Source of the DNA: Marinilabiliales bacterium
Lineage (GTDB): Bacteria; Bacteroidota; Bacteroidia; Bacteroidales; UBA12077
Length of the DNA stretch: 32,841 nt
Direction: 5' to 3'
NCBI GenBank assembly: GCA_002869305.1
Contig: PKTC01000481.1
Location: forward strand, 1-32,841
The notes under the pieces: generated by a model
The model's input: the letters and a program-made list of their open reading frames with translations, nothing else
Told to the model about the DNA's origin: nothing
Database searches by the model: none
Translations under genes and position numbers: made by a program
Shown: in pieces, positions 8,342 to 16,799 of the stretch
How the letters are laid out: every line of letters begins with the position of its first letter
How positions within the stretch are numbered: the stretch's first letter is position 1

Positions 8342-9529
8342 ATGGAACTAAAAGATAAAATAAACCAATTAGCAGAAAAATATTATCAACAAGTGGTTGA
8401 TATTCGAAGACATTTGCACCAAAATCCAGAATTGTCTTTTCAGGAATACGAAACATCAAAATATATTACGTCATTGTTAGATTCTTGGGGAATTAAATAT
8501 AAATCAGGAATTGCCAATACAGGAATTACGTGCCTAATCGAGGGTATAAATCCAGATAAAAAAGTTATTGCGTTAAGAGCTGATATGGATGCCTTGCCTG
8601 TTGAAGAACAAAACGATCTTCCTTACAAATCCAAAAATAAAGGTGTAATGCATGCATGCGGTCATGATGCTCACACATCTTCTTTGCTAGGAACACTTCT
8701 AATTTTAAATGAATTAAAAGATCTGTTTGAGGGAGCTGTAAAGTTTATATTTCAACCAGCAGAAGAAAAATTACCTGGTGGTGCCAAACAAATGATTGAG
8801 GAAGGTATTTTGGAAAACCCAAAACCGAATTTTGTTTTAGGTCAGCATGTATATCCTGATTTAAATGCAGGAAATGTCGGTTTCAAGAAAGGTGTATATA
8901 TGGCCTCTACCGATGAAATTTACATTACAGTAAAAGGGAAAGGCGGTCATGCAGCAATGCCCGAGAAAATTACAAATACGGTTTTAATAGCTTCTCAGAT
9001 TATTCTTGCCTTACAGCAGATTCCTTTCGAATTGGCTCCTAAAGAAATACCTACGGTATTGTCCATAGGAAAAGTTATTGCAAATGGGGCTACCAATGTA
9101 ATCCCAAATGAAGTTTATCTTGAAGGAACATTCAGAACAATGAACGAAGATTGGAGAAAAACTGCCCATCAGAAAATACATGAAATTTGCAAGTCAATTG
9201 CCAAAAGTCAAAAAGCAAGTGTTGATATAAATATAAAGCATGGTTATCCTGTTTTAAATAATAATAATAAAACGACAGAACAAACAATTAAATTTGCTCA
9301 AGAATTTTTAGGAAGCAAAAATGTAATTGATCTGGATATAAGAATGACAGCAGAAGACTTTGCCTATTATTCTCAAGAATTGCCAGCCACATTTTACAGA
9401 TTAGGAACTTCTTCAGGTAACTCAAATAATAATCCGTTACACTCTCCTAATTTTAATGTTGATGAAAAAGCTCTAATAACAGGTATGGGAACTATGGCTT
9501 ATGTTTCAATTAAGTATTTAAATACTTAA
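8342..9529 (+). CDS. M20D family amidohydrolase (aminoacylase / hippurate hydrolase-like)
   Basis: 395-aa ORF. Contains IRRHLHQNPELSFQE, ALRADMDALP and HACGHDAH metal-site motifs. The start is immediately adjacent to the upstream stop (TAAATG). Confidence 0.85.
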   Translation: MELKDKINQLAEKYYQQVVDIRRHLHQNPELSFQEYETSKYITSLLDSWGIKYKSGIANTGITCLIEGINPDKKVIALRADMDALPVEEQNDLPYKSKNKGVMHACGHDAHTSSLLGTLLILNELKDLFEGAVKFIFQPAEEKLPGGAKQMIEEGILENPKPNFVLGQHVYPDLNAGNVGFKKGVYMASTDEIYITVKGKGGHAAMPEKITNTVLIASQIILALQQIPFELAPKEIPTVLSIGKVIANGATNVIPNEVYLEGTFRTMNEDWRKTAHQKIHEICKSIAKSQKASVDINIKHGYPVLNNNNKTTEQTIKFAQEFLGSKNVIDLDIRMTAEDFAYYSQELPATFYRLGTSSGNSNNNPLHSPNFNVDEKALITGMGTMAYVSIKYLNT

Positions 9530-9640
9530 ACATGTTAAAAGACATTATATTTCTCTTAAACATTTAGCTTATAATCATTCTAAATTGGCGAAAAAGAATT
9601 ATTTAATAGTCTTTTTGTTTCTCAAATTAAATTAAGGAAA

Positions 9641-9648
9641 TAATTTTG
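9641..9648 (+). promoter_or_regulatory. -7-like promoter element TAATTTTG upstream of the ferredoxin gene
   Basis: Matches TAnnTTTG and lies 37 nt upstream of the ATG at 9686. Confidence 0.3.
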
Positions 9649-9685
9649 TGATGAATTAACATTTTTAAACTAAAAATAAATAATC

Positions 9686-9853
9686 ATGGCTTACGTAATA
9701 ACTGATGATTGCACAGCTTGTGGCACTTGTATTGACGAATGCCCAGTTGAAGCAATAGCTGAAGGTGATATCTATACAATTGATCCTGAAACTTGCACAG
9801 ACTGTGGTGCTTGTGCTGATGTTTGCCCAGTTGAGGCTATTCATCCTGAATAA
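9686..9853 (+). CDS. 2x[4Fe-4S] clostridial-type ferredoxin (55 aa)
   Basis: Absent from the ORF track because it is under 60 aa. My translation: MAYVITDDCTACGTCIDECPVEAIAEGDIYTIDPETCTDCGACADVCPVEAIHPE*. It has two CxxCxxCxxxCP clusters and is followed by a strong terminator. Confidence 0.9.
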   Translation: MAYVITDDCTACGTCIDECPVEAIAEGDIYTIDPETCTDCGACADVCPVEAIHPE

Positions 9854-9875
9854 ACCTATAGCTACAAAAAATTGC

Positions 9876-9901
9876 ACCCGCTTAATTAGGCGGGTTTTTT
9901 T
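9876..9901 (+). terminator. rho-independent terminator of the ferredoxin gene
   Basis: acccgc-ttaattag-gcgggt stem-loop followed by TTTTTTT. Confidence 0.8.
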
Positions 9902-9987
9902 ATTTCCAATACTAAGTTTAAACCTTAGAATTGTTAAATAATTATTAAATTCACCACCTGAAAAGAAACCACTTTAAACCATTTAAT

Positions 9988-10725
9988 ATGTCATTAGTTG
10001 AAGAATTTGATAAAAGAGGAAACTGGTTTTTCAAACATAGAAGTTACCTCCCAGTTGTATTGTATCCTTTGGCAACACTAATATTGATTTTAGAATTTAA
10101 ACAGGATGTTAAATTACCTGAGTTAAGTTGGTCAATTATATGTCTTGCCATTTCATTATTAGGTTTACTCATTCGTATTTTAGTAATTGGATTTACTCCC
10201 AAAGGAACATCTGGAAGAAATACAGCCAAACAGGTGGCCGAAACAGTTAACACCAAAGGTATTTACTCAGTGGTTAGACATCCTCTTTATTTAGGAAATT
10301 TTTTGATGTGGCTTGGAATTATTCTCTACGTTAATAATATTTGGTTTGCAGTAAGCACCATATTGTTGTTTTGGCTGTATTACGAGCGCATTATGTTTGC
10401 TGAAGAACAATTCTTAAAAGGAAAGTTCGGTGAACAATACCAAAAGTGGTCGATGACTGCCCCTCCTTTTTTTCCTAAACTAAAAGGTTGGCAAAAGCCC
10501 GATCTTGAATTTTCTTTAAAAAATGTATTAAAGAGAGAATATAATGGATTATTTGCCTTAGGAATTTCTTTTGCCTATTTAAATGTTCTTAAAAATTATT
10601 TAGCGACAGAGCAGTTTATGATTACAGACTTTTGGTTGTATACATTAATAATTACGTTTCTAATATTTATAATACTCAGAACATTAAAGAAAACAACACG
10701 TGTTCTTCACGTTGATGGTAGATAA
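9988..10725 (+). CDS. ICMT/PEMT-like membrane methyltransferase family protein
   Basis: 245-aa polytopic membrane ORF with the VRHPLYLGNFLMWLG motif (RHPxYxG) and a downstream ...EE.L...FG..Y..Y segment, as in isoprenylcysteine carboxyl methyltransferase-like proteins. Confidence 0.65.
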   Translation: MSLVEEFDKRGNWFFKHRSYLPVVLYPLATLILILEFKQDVKLPELSWSIICLAISLLGLLIRILVIGFTPKGTSGRNTAKQVAETVNTKGIYSVVRHPLYLGNFLMWLGIILYVNNIWFAVSTILLFWLYYERIMFAEEQFLKGKFGEQYQKWSMTAPPFFPKLKGWQKPDLEFSLKNVLKREYNGLFALGISFAYLNVLKNYLATEQFMITDFWLYTLIITFLIFIILRTLKKTTRVLHVDGR

Positions 10726-10766
10726 AAAAACTAAGGGTTTGGAAATTTCCAAACCCTCTTTATCTC
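10724..10766. terminator. bidirectional terminator: perfect 24-bp palindrome
   Basis: AGGGTTTGGAAATTTCCAAACCCT (10734-10757), flanked by an A-run on the left and a T-rich tract on the right. It sits between convergent genes ending at 10725 (+) and 10776 (-). Confidence 0.75.
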
Positions 10767-10775
10767 TTTCATTTG

Positions 10776-11063
10776 TTAAATGGACTCAGTTTCAACAATC
10801 TTAGCCAAAATATCTGCATAAGGAATCAATAAAAAAGTCTTTCCTTCTATTTCAGCTTCAGTTCCCGAAAACTCTTTGTATAAAACATTGTCGCCGACAG
10901 TAACTGCGGAATTCTCAATAGAACTTATAGCTACTACTTTTGCCACCTTCTTTTTTTCTTTTACAGAATCGGGAATAATAATTCCAGAAGCCGTCTTTTG
11001 TTCTTCTTTATCCTCTGTTATATCCAATAAAACATGTTCGTTTAATGGTTGTAATTCTTTCAT
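10776..11063 (-). CDS. groES: GroES/Cpn10-family co-chaperonin paralogue with no adjacent groEL
   Basis: 95-aa ORF. LQPLNEHVLL...EEQKTASGIIIPDSVKEKKKVAKVVA...GDNVLYKEFSGTEAEIEGKTFLLI matches the GroES layout, including a mobile-loop-like TASGIIIP. A terminator follows, not groEL. Confidence 0.75.
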   Translation of the reverse strand: MKELQPLNEHVLLDITEDKEEQKTASGIIIPDSVKEKKKVAKVVAISSIENSAVTVGDNVLYKEFSGTEAEIEGKTFLLIPYADILAKIVETESI

Positions 11064-11087
11064 TTTCTAAATTTTAATTGTTTGACT

Positions 11088-11669
11088 TTATCTTATCTCT
11101 AATAACTCATCAATTTTTTTCTTATTAAAACCAACTATCATATTACCATCTATTTCAACTTGAGGAACACCCTGTTGCCCACTTTTTTTAATCATCGCTT
11201 CTGCCAATTTCTGATCTTGTGCAACGTTTATATCCCTAAAAGGTATCCTAAGCCCTTTCAAATAGTTTTTAACAGTAGTGCAATGTGGACATGTTGGAGT
11301 AGTATAAACAACTACGGTTTTATTTTTCTTTTCCTCCTTATGATTACCAGCAGAATAAAGAGTTTTTTCAAATATTGATTTAAAAAAGCCTGGTTCATGA
11401 CATCCCTTTAATACAGTGATTAATTTCCCTTTGCTAAATTGTAATAAAGTAGGTACAGTATTTATCTTATAATTTTCATGAATGTCCTTCACTGAATTAA
11501 CATCAGCAGCTAAAATATTTATCCCTGCTTTTTCGTCCGATTCCGCGATATTTTTTAGAGCACATTCGCTATTTTCAGCTTGTGATTTATACAATAATAG
11601 AAAAACATCTTTTGAAAATTTCAAATTATCCTGCAATTCCGAATGAGATTTAATATGTTCTAAATTCAC
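11088..11669 (-). CDS. two-domain thioredoxin-fold protein: degenerate N-terminal Trx-like unit plus C-terminal glutaredoxin-like (YruB/NrdH-like) unit with CPHC
   Basis: 193-aa ORF. The N-terminal unit keeps only one Cys where CxxC would be (AENSEC). The C-terminal unit VVVYTTPTCPHCTTVKNYL...GVPQVEIDG is a classic glutaredoxin-like fold. The gene lies 24 nt upstream of the GroES-like gene. Confidence 0.7.
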   Translation of the reverse strand: MNLEHIKSHSELQDNLKFSKDVFLLLYKSQAENSECALKNIAESDEKAGINILAADVNSVKDIHENYKINTVPTLLQFSKGKLITVLKGCHEPGFFKSIFEKTLYSAGNHKEEKKNKTVVVYTTPTCPHCTTVKNYLKGLRIPFRDINVAQDQKLAEAMIKKSGQQGVPQVEIDGNMIVGFNKKKIDELLEIR

Positions 11670-11937
11670 TGTTTTTTATTTTACGTATTTATATATCTGC
11701 ATTTTTGCATATCATAATCTATACCAAATGGATTTTTTAATAAGAAACTGCAAAATTGACAGATAAAAAATAACATATGTCAGATTATTAAATTTTATCT
11801 TAGCATTTAAACCAATTATTTATTTGAGATTCTAATATATGTTATGCTGTATAAGTTTACTTTTTCATTAAAAAAAGCAAAATTTTACAGAATTTAATTA
11901 GCAAGTAGTTAAATTATATAAATTAATAATAATCAAT

Positions 11938-14742
11938 ATGAAAAACACTATTATTACCTTACTTTTTGTTTTAACAACTATTATTTGTAATAGTCAAAAC
12001 ACTAAAAAATCTTTAAGTTCTTCAGATTATGATGATTGGAAATATATCGAAGACAAAGCAATATCAAATGATGGAAATTGGATTCTTTATGAATCAAATC
12101 CCTATCAAGGCGATGGTAAAGTCGTATTTTACAATGCAAATACAAAACAAAAAACAAAGTTTGAAAGAGCAAAGAATGCTATATTTTCACCTAATTCTGA
12201 CTTTGCTGCATTTAAAACATATCCCTACAAAGATACTTTGCGTGCATTAAAATTAGGAGATACTCCCAAAGATGAATTACCAAAAGACTCATTAGTAATC
12301 TTTATTCTGGGAGCCAAAGAAATTATAAAAATTGAAGACATTCAGTCTTTTGAAATTGCTAAAGAAGAATCATCATGGATGGCTTATTTATATAAAAAGA
12401 ATGTTCCTGTAGATACCACAAAAAAAGACGATGAAAAAGAGAAAGAAATTTTTGATGATGAGGCTCCTAAAGAATATGATTTCACCATCCTGAATCCTAT
12501 TAAAAATAAAAAGCTTGAGTTTAAGAATATTACTGAATATTCGCTCTCAGAGAATGGAAAATTAATTGGCTTTATTAAACAGCAAAACGACTCATTGCTT
12601 AAATCCACTATTTATCTTTATAATACGGAAGATGAAAGACTTGATAGTTTAAGTCCTACAGATGGATTAGTAAAAAAGCTAACAATAGATCACAAAGGAA
12701 ATCAATTAGCATATATACAAAGTCTTGATACTGTTGAGACCAAAGTTTTCAGTCTTTTCTATTACCACATAAAAGAAAAGACCGCAAAAAAGGTTGTAGA
12801 CACATTATCTAATGAAATTCCTGAAAAATGGACGGTTAGTGAAAGTGGTAGTATGTATTTTTCTAATAACGACTCTCGTTTATTTTTTGGGATAGCGTAT
12901 ATGCCTCAGCCAGAACCTGAAGATACCTTACTTGAAGAGGAAAAAGTTGTTTTAGACCTGTGGAGTTGGACGGACAGCAAACTTCAACCCCAACAATTAA
13001 GCGAATTAGATGATAATCTTAATGAATCATATACCGCTGTTTATCTTATTAAAAAGCAAAAAATAATTCAATTAGAAGATGAAACTGCTAAGCATATTGA
13101 ATTCAGTGTTAAAGGAAATGGAAATTATGCTTTAGTATACAATTACAAACCCTATGAAAAACAAACTTCCTGGGAATTTCCAGAATATTTTGATATTTAC
13201 ATATTAAATATTGAAACAGGTGAGAAAACACTTTTTAAAAAAAGGCTTAAGGCAGAAATTGGACTTTCTAGCATGGGAAATTTCATTTTTTGGTATAGCT
13301 ATAACGAAAAAGCCTGGTTCTCCTATTCATTAAAAAATAAATCCATTCAGAATTTAACTGGTTCAATCAATCTCAACTTTTTTGATGAAGAAAATGATTA
13401 CCCAATGGATGCTTATCCTTATGGAATTTCAGGTTGGATAAAAGATGACAAATATATCCTCATTAGGGATCGATACGACATTTGGAAGATTGATCCAACA
13501 ATGAAGCAGGTACCTGTGAATCTAACGAATCAATATGGAAGAAAAAATAACATCAGGTTAATAGCAGTTGATCTTAATCCTGATGAAGACTTTATTGATC
13601 CAAAAGAAGAAATCCTTCTAAGAGCATTCAACTATTCAAATAAACAGTCTGGATATTATAAAACTAACCTAAGTAGTAAATCGGATCCGAATAAAATTGT
13701 GATGGATGATTATTTATTTAGCCGCAGACCTTTAAAGGCTAAAAATGCCAACAGAATAATATGGCAAAAACAAAGTTTTAAAGAGTATTATGACATTTGG
13801 ACAAGTTCGTTAGATTTCAGCGAAATGGAAAAAATATCAGATGAAAATCCACAACAAGATAATTTCTTATGGGGAAATGTTGATTTGGTTAAATGGATTA
13901 CTCCTGATGGAACTGAAGAGGAAGGACTGCTATACAAACCTGAGAATTTTGATTCGAATAAAAAATATCCGATGATCGTCTATTTTTATCGCTTACATTC
14001 AGATGATATACATTATTATTATGTGCCAAAACCAAGTCGTTCTGTTATAAATCCAACATTTTATACAAGTAATGGATATTTCGTTTTTATGCCAAATATC
14101 CGTTATAAGGAAGGTTATCCAGGGGAAAGTGCATATAATTATGTTGTAAGTGGAACCCTAGCTTTGTTAACAGAAAGAAATTATCTGGATAAAGACAAAA
14201 TTGGAATTCAAGGCCAAAGTTGGGGTGGATATCAGGCTGGTTTCATCATAACAAGAACAGACTTATTCTCCGCTGCTTCCATTGGTGCTCCTGTTTCTAA
14301 TATGACCAGTGCATATGGAGGCATTCGATGGACATCGGGAATGAGTAGAATGTTCCAGTATGAAAAGACACAAAGCAGAATTGGTGGCACACTCTGGGAG
14401 AAACCTTTAAACTATATTGAAAATTCACCTGTTTTCTATGCGCCTAAAATAAATACACCTGTATTAATACGTCATAATGATGGAGATGGAGCTGTACCAT
14501 GGTACCAGGGAATTGAATATTTTGTTGCATTGAGACGATTAAATAAACCTGTTTGGATGCTGAATTATAATGATCAACCTCACAATGAAAAACGAAGAAG
14601 TCCAAACAATAAGGATTTGAGCAAAAGAATGATGCAATTTTTTGATCATTACTTGAAAAATGAACCCGCTCCAATATGGATGACTCAAGGAATTCCTGCA
14701 ACCAAAAAAGGAAAAACTTTGGGATATGAACTAGATAAATAA
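11938..14742 (+). CDS. S9 prolyl oligopeptidase-family serine peptidase with a long N-terminal beta-propeller region
   Basis: 934-aa ORF with signal peptide MKNTIITLLFVLTTIICNSQ. The C-terminal alpha/beta-hydrolase part carries GIQGQSWGGY (GxSxGG nucleophile), HNDGDGAVP (Asp) and DQPHNE (His). Confidence 0.85.
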   Translation: MKNTIITLLFVLTTIICNSQNTKKSLSSSDYDDWKYIEDKAISNDGNWILYESNPYQGDGKVVFYNANTKQKTKFERAKNAIFSPNSDFAAFKTYPYKDTLRALKLGDTPKDELPKDSLVIFILGAKEIIKIEDIQSFEIAKEESSWMAYLYKKNVPVDTTKKDDEKEKEIFDDEAPKEYDFTILNPIKNKKLEFKNITEYSLSENGKLIGFIKQQNDSLLKSTIYLYNTEDERLDSLSPTDGLVKKLTIDHKGNQLAYIQSLDTVETKVFSLFYYHIKEKTAKKVVDTLSNEIPEKWTVSESGSMYFSNNDSRLFFGIAYMPQPEPEDTLLEEEKVVLDLWSWTDSKLQPQQLSELDDNLNESYTAVYLIKKQKIIQLEDETAKHIEFSVKGNGNYALVYNYKPYEKQTSWEFPEYFDIYILNIETGEKTLFKKRLKAEIGLSSMGNFIFWYSYNEKAWFSYSLKNKSIQNLTGSINLNFFDEENDYPMDAYPYGISGWIKDDKYILIRDRYDIWKIDPTMKQVPVNLTNQYGRKNNIRLIAVDLNPDEDFIDPKEEILLRAFNYSNKQSGYYKTNLSSKSDPNKIVMDDYLFSRRPLKAKNANRIIWQKQSFKEYYDIWTSSLDFSEMEKISDENPQQDNFLWGNVDLVKWITPDGTEEEGLLYKPENFDSNKKYPMIVYFYRLHSDDIHYYYVPKPSRSVINPTFYTSNGYFVFMPNIRYKEGYPGESAYNYVVSGTLALLTERNYLDKDKIGIQGQSWGGYQAGFIITRTDLFSAASIGAPVSNMTSAYGGIRWTSGMSRMFQYEKTQSRIGGTLWEKPLNYIENSPVFYAPKINTPVLIRHNDGDGAVPWYQGIEYFVALRRLNKPVWMLNYNDQPHNEKRRSPNNKDLSKRMMQFFDHYLKNEPAPIWMTQGIPATKKGKTLGYELDK

Positions 14743-14763
14743 ATCTTACGAAAAATAAAACAG

Positions 14764-14793
14764 AGCTGTTCTCCTTTTATGAGGTGAACAGCT
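14764..14793. terminator. bidirectional terminator hairpin
   Basis: agctgttc(tcc)...(gag)gtgaacagct stem with an A-rich left flank and a T-rich right flank. It sits between convergent genes ending at 14742 (+) and 14797 (-). Confidence 0.65.
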
Positions 14794-14796
14794 TCT

Positions 14797-15753
14797 TTAT
14801 TTTATCTCATATTGTCGAATAAGATTTGTAAGCTGAACTCGATTCTTTACCTCAGTTTTTAAAAATATGTTATGAATGTGATCCTTTACAGTTTGCAATG
14901 AAATGAATAAATGCCCACTAATTTCCTTATTGGTTCTACCTTTGATAATCTCTTCAATAATCTCAGTCTCGCGTTTAGATATTCCAAACCTCTCAACAAA
15001 AGATTCTTTGGCTCCTTCAGTAACATCATTCACAGGATGAGTATAGTTTCTTTTTAAGTATCTGTTTAATAAGAAAAGGGGAAATATATCTTTGGAAAAA
15101 TATAATATAGTATATCCTGCAATGTAATTAATGCTCCGTTCGCCAAAAATGAGAAAAACAACAGATAACATATACAATACCAAATTTTCAGTTGCAAATA
15201 TTTTAATAAACCGTACCTTCTGTTTATCTATTAAATTATTGCTCGAAATAAAGTAATTAATAAAAGCAATTATTAGCGTGATCAATTCGATTAAAATAAA
15301 AAATAGAAATACTCTTATATTAATTTCCATTTCTTTTACAGCAAAAAAATCTATAAAAGGAACTAAGAATCCAAATGTTAAAAAAACAATAATCAAAATA
15401 ACAAAGAACCAAATAGTAAACCGCAAGCTTAGATTCTTCTCCACAAGCTCGAATGAAATTTTAATAAACATATACCATGCAAGGATCATGAATGGAACTC
15501 CTATAAAAGGGAAAAACGAAAAAAGGTGTTTCATTAAAGCTCCTTTAACCTCTACATCCAATAAAAAATAATGAGTTGATATGGTTCCCAATAATCCATA
15601 AAAACCAAACAAAAAGATTAATATTTGATGGTAAAAATAGCTCTTAACATAAACCAGCTCATACCTGCGTTGCATTATAAAAGAGATGATGAGAGCAATG
15701 AAGCCGAAAATTATTGAAGATAGGATTGTTATAATAAGAATTTCTATTTTCAT
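14797..15753 (-). CDS. membrane-embedded LuxR/GerE-family transcriptional regulator (about 7 TM segments plus C-terminal HTH)
   Basis: 318-aa ORF with about seven hydrophobic helices over residues 1-235. The C-terminal GerE-type HTH reads ISKRETEIIEEIIKGRTNKEISGHLFISLQTVKDHIHNIFLKTEVKNRVQL. Confidence 0.8.
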   Translation of the reverse strand: MKIEILIITILSSIIFGFIALIISFIMQRRYELVYVKSYFYHQILIFLFGFYGLLGTISTHYFLLDVEVKGALMKHLFSFFPFIGVPFMILAWYMFIKISFELVEKNLSLRFTIWFFVILIIVFLTFGFLVPFIDFFAVKEMEINIRVFLFFILIELITLIIAFINYFISSNNLIDKQKVRFIKIFATENLVLYMLSVVFLIFGERSINYIAGYTILYFSKDIFPLFLLNRYLKRNYTHPVNDVTEGAKESFVERFGISKRETEIIEEIIKGRTNKEISGHLFISLQTVKDHIHNIFLKTEVKNRVQLTNLIRQYEIK

Positions 15754-15805
15754 TCCAATTTAAAATTTAAATAAAAATACACATTTATAAAGTTTAAATC
15801 CACTT

Positions 15806-15813
15806 CAAAACTA
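15806..15813 (-). promoter_or_regulatory. -7-like promoter element (TAGTTTTG on the minus strand) for the LuxR-type gene
   Basis: Matches TAnnTTTG and lies 53 nt upstream of the ATG at 15753. Palindromic box 1 lies 11-24 bp further upstream. Confidence 0.3.
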
Positions 15814-15823
15814 TAAACTCTAC

Positions 15824-15837
15824 CCTACCTAAGTAGG
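15824..15837. promoter_or_regulatory. palindromic box 1 (CCTACCTAAGTAGG), candidate GerE/LuxR-type operator
   Basis: Read directly. One of three related CTACYTAAGTAG boxes in the 287-bp divergent intergenic region. Confidence 0.45.
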
Positions 15838-15934
15838 AAACATATGTTGAAAATTAGGATAAAATCATCAAAATAAATACCCAATATCAAATCCATAATA
15901 TTTTATTTATCTATAAATGTGATACTTAACCACA

Positions 15935-15972
15935 CTACTTAAGTAGGATTTTTGTCTTTTCCTACTTAAGTA
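15935..15972. promoter_or_regulatory. palindromic boxes 2 and 3 (CTACTTAAGTAGG at 15935-15947; CCTACTTAAGTA at 15961-15972), candidate operators
   Basis: CTACTTAAGTAG is a perfect 12-bp palindrome. The two boxes start 27 bp apart, 69-106 bp upstream of the ATG at 16041. Together they can also form AAGTAGG-N13-CCTACTT. Confidence 0.45.
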
Positions 15973-16040
15973 TCTTTTCTTATATAATAAGACTGGCTAG
16001 TTTTATCCTAGAATTTGATATAAACCAAAATAAATTAATT

Positions 16041-16709
16041 ATGGAAACAACTGAAAAAATTGAAGAATTAAGACCAACAGCTGGTGAATCATACAGCTTG
16101 GGTTGGCGTAGAATGTTTGAATACTTTCTTTATGCATTTTTAGTAATCGTATTTCTAGGTGTCATTAGTGCTCCTGTTGGATGGACCTACGAAATTGAAC
16201 ACATTCATTTTCCGATGATGTTTAACTTCTTTAGTATATTCACGATTGCTTACTTTTTCTTTCTTGTAGCACCCTTAAAATACGGTGCTAAAAAAGTATT
16301 GCTTAGAATAATTCGCAAAGAAACCATTGATTTAAACGAATTATTTTATGGATTTAAAGATTATATAAATATTGTTTTAGCTAACTTGCTTTTGTCTGCA
16401 ATTATAGGAATTGGAATGGTTTTTCTCATTGTGCCGGGGATTATATTTGCTTGTCGATTAGCATTTGTTCCTTACTTAGTAGTTGATAAAAAATTAGATG
16501 CGGTTAAAGCAGTTGAGGAAAGCTGGAAACTAACACGTGGACATGGCTGGACTATTTTCTTAATGGCTCTAATGATTATACCGATTAGTATTGCAGGGCT
16601 GCTTATGCTAGGAGTTGGTGTTATTTTCGCAATAATATGGGTAAATCTTGCATTCACTGCAATTTATGTAGTTATTATGGCAAAAAAAGAAAAGCTTGAA
16701 TCGGTTTAA
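16041..16709 (+). CDS. small polytopic membrane protein (DUF975-like; family uncertain)
   Basis: 222-aa ORF with a short polar N-terminus and about 4-5 TM helices. No catalytic motif. The family call rests only on overall architecture. Confidence 0.55.
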   Translation: METTEKIEELRPTAGESYSLGWRRMFEYFLYAFLVIVFLGVISAPVGWTYEIEHIHFPMMFNFFSIFTIAYFFFLVAPLKYGAKKVLLRIIRKETIDLNELFYGFKDYINIVLANLLLSAIIGIGMVFLIVPGIIFACRLAFVPYLVVDKKLDAVKAVEESWKLTRGHGWTIFLMALMIIPISIAGLLMLGVGVIFAIIWVNLAFTAIYVVIMAKKEKLESV

Positions 16710-16725
16710 AATAACTTAAGAAATC

Positions 16726-16760
16726 AAAAGAGGCCGACAATTTTGTCAGCCTCTTTCTTT
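16726..16760. terminator. bidirectional terminator
   Basis: aaaa-gaggc(c)gaca-atttt-gtc(a)gcctc-tttcttt, between convergent genes ending at 16709 (+) and 16800 (-). Confidence 0.7.
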
Positions 16761-16799
16761 ATAAGATGGTTTAGATAAAACTAAACCTCTTGGGAAAAA

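Noticed and set aside
9665-9877. 70-aa minus-strand ORF from the track
   Set aside because: It is exactly antisense to a textbook 2x[4Fe-4S] ferredoxin ORF and its terminator. It has no recognisable motifs and is best treated as a shadow ORF.
15856-16009. 9-bp inverted match AGGATAAAA / TTTTATCCT about 145 bp apart in the LuxR intergenic region
   Set aside because: It is short, AT-rich and widely spaced, so it is compatible with chance.
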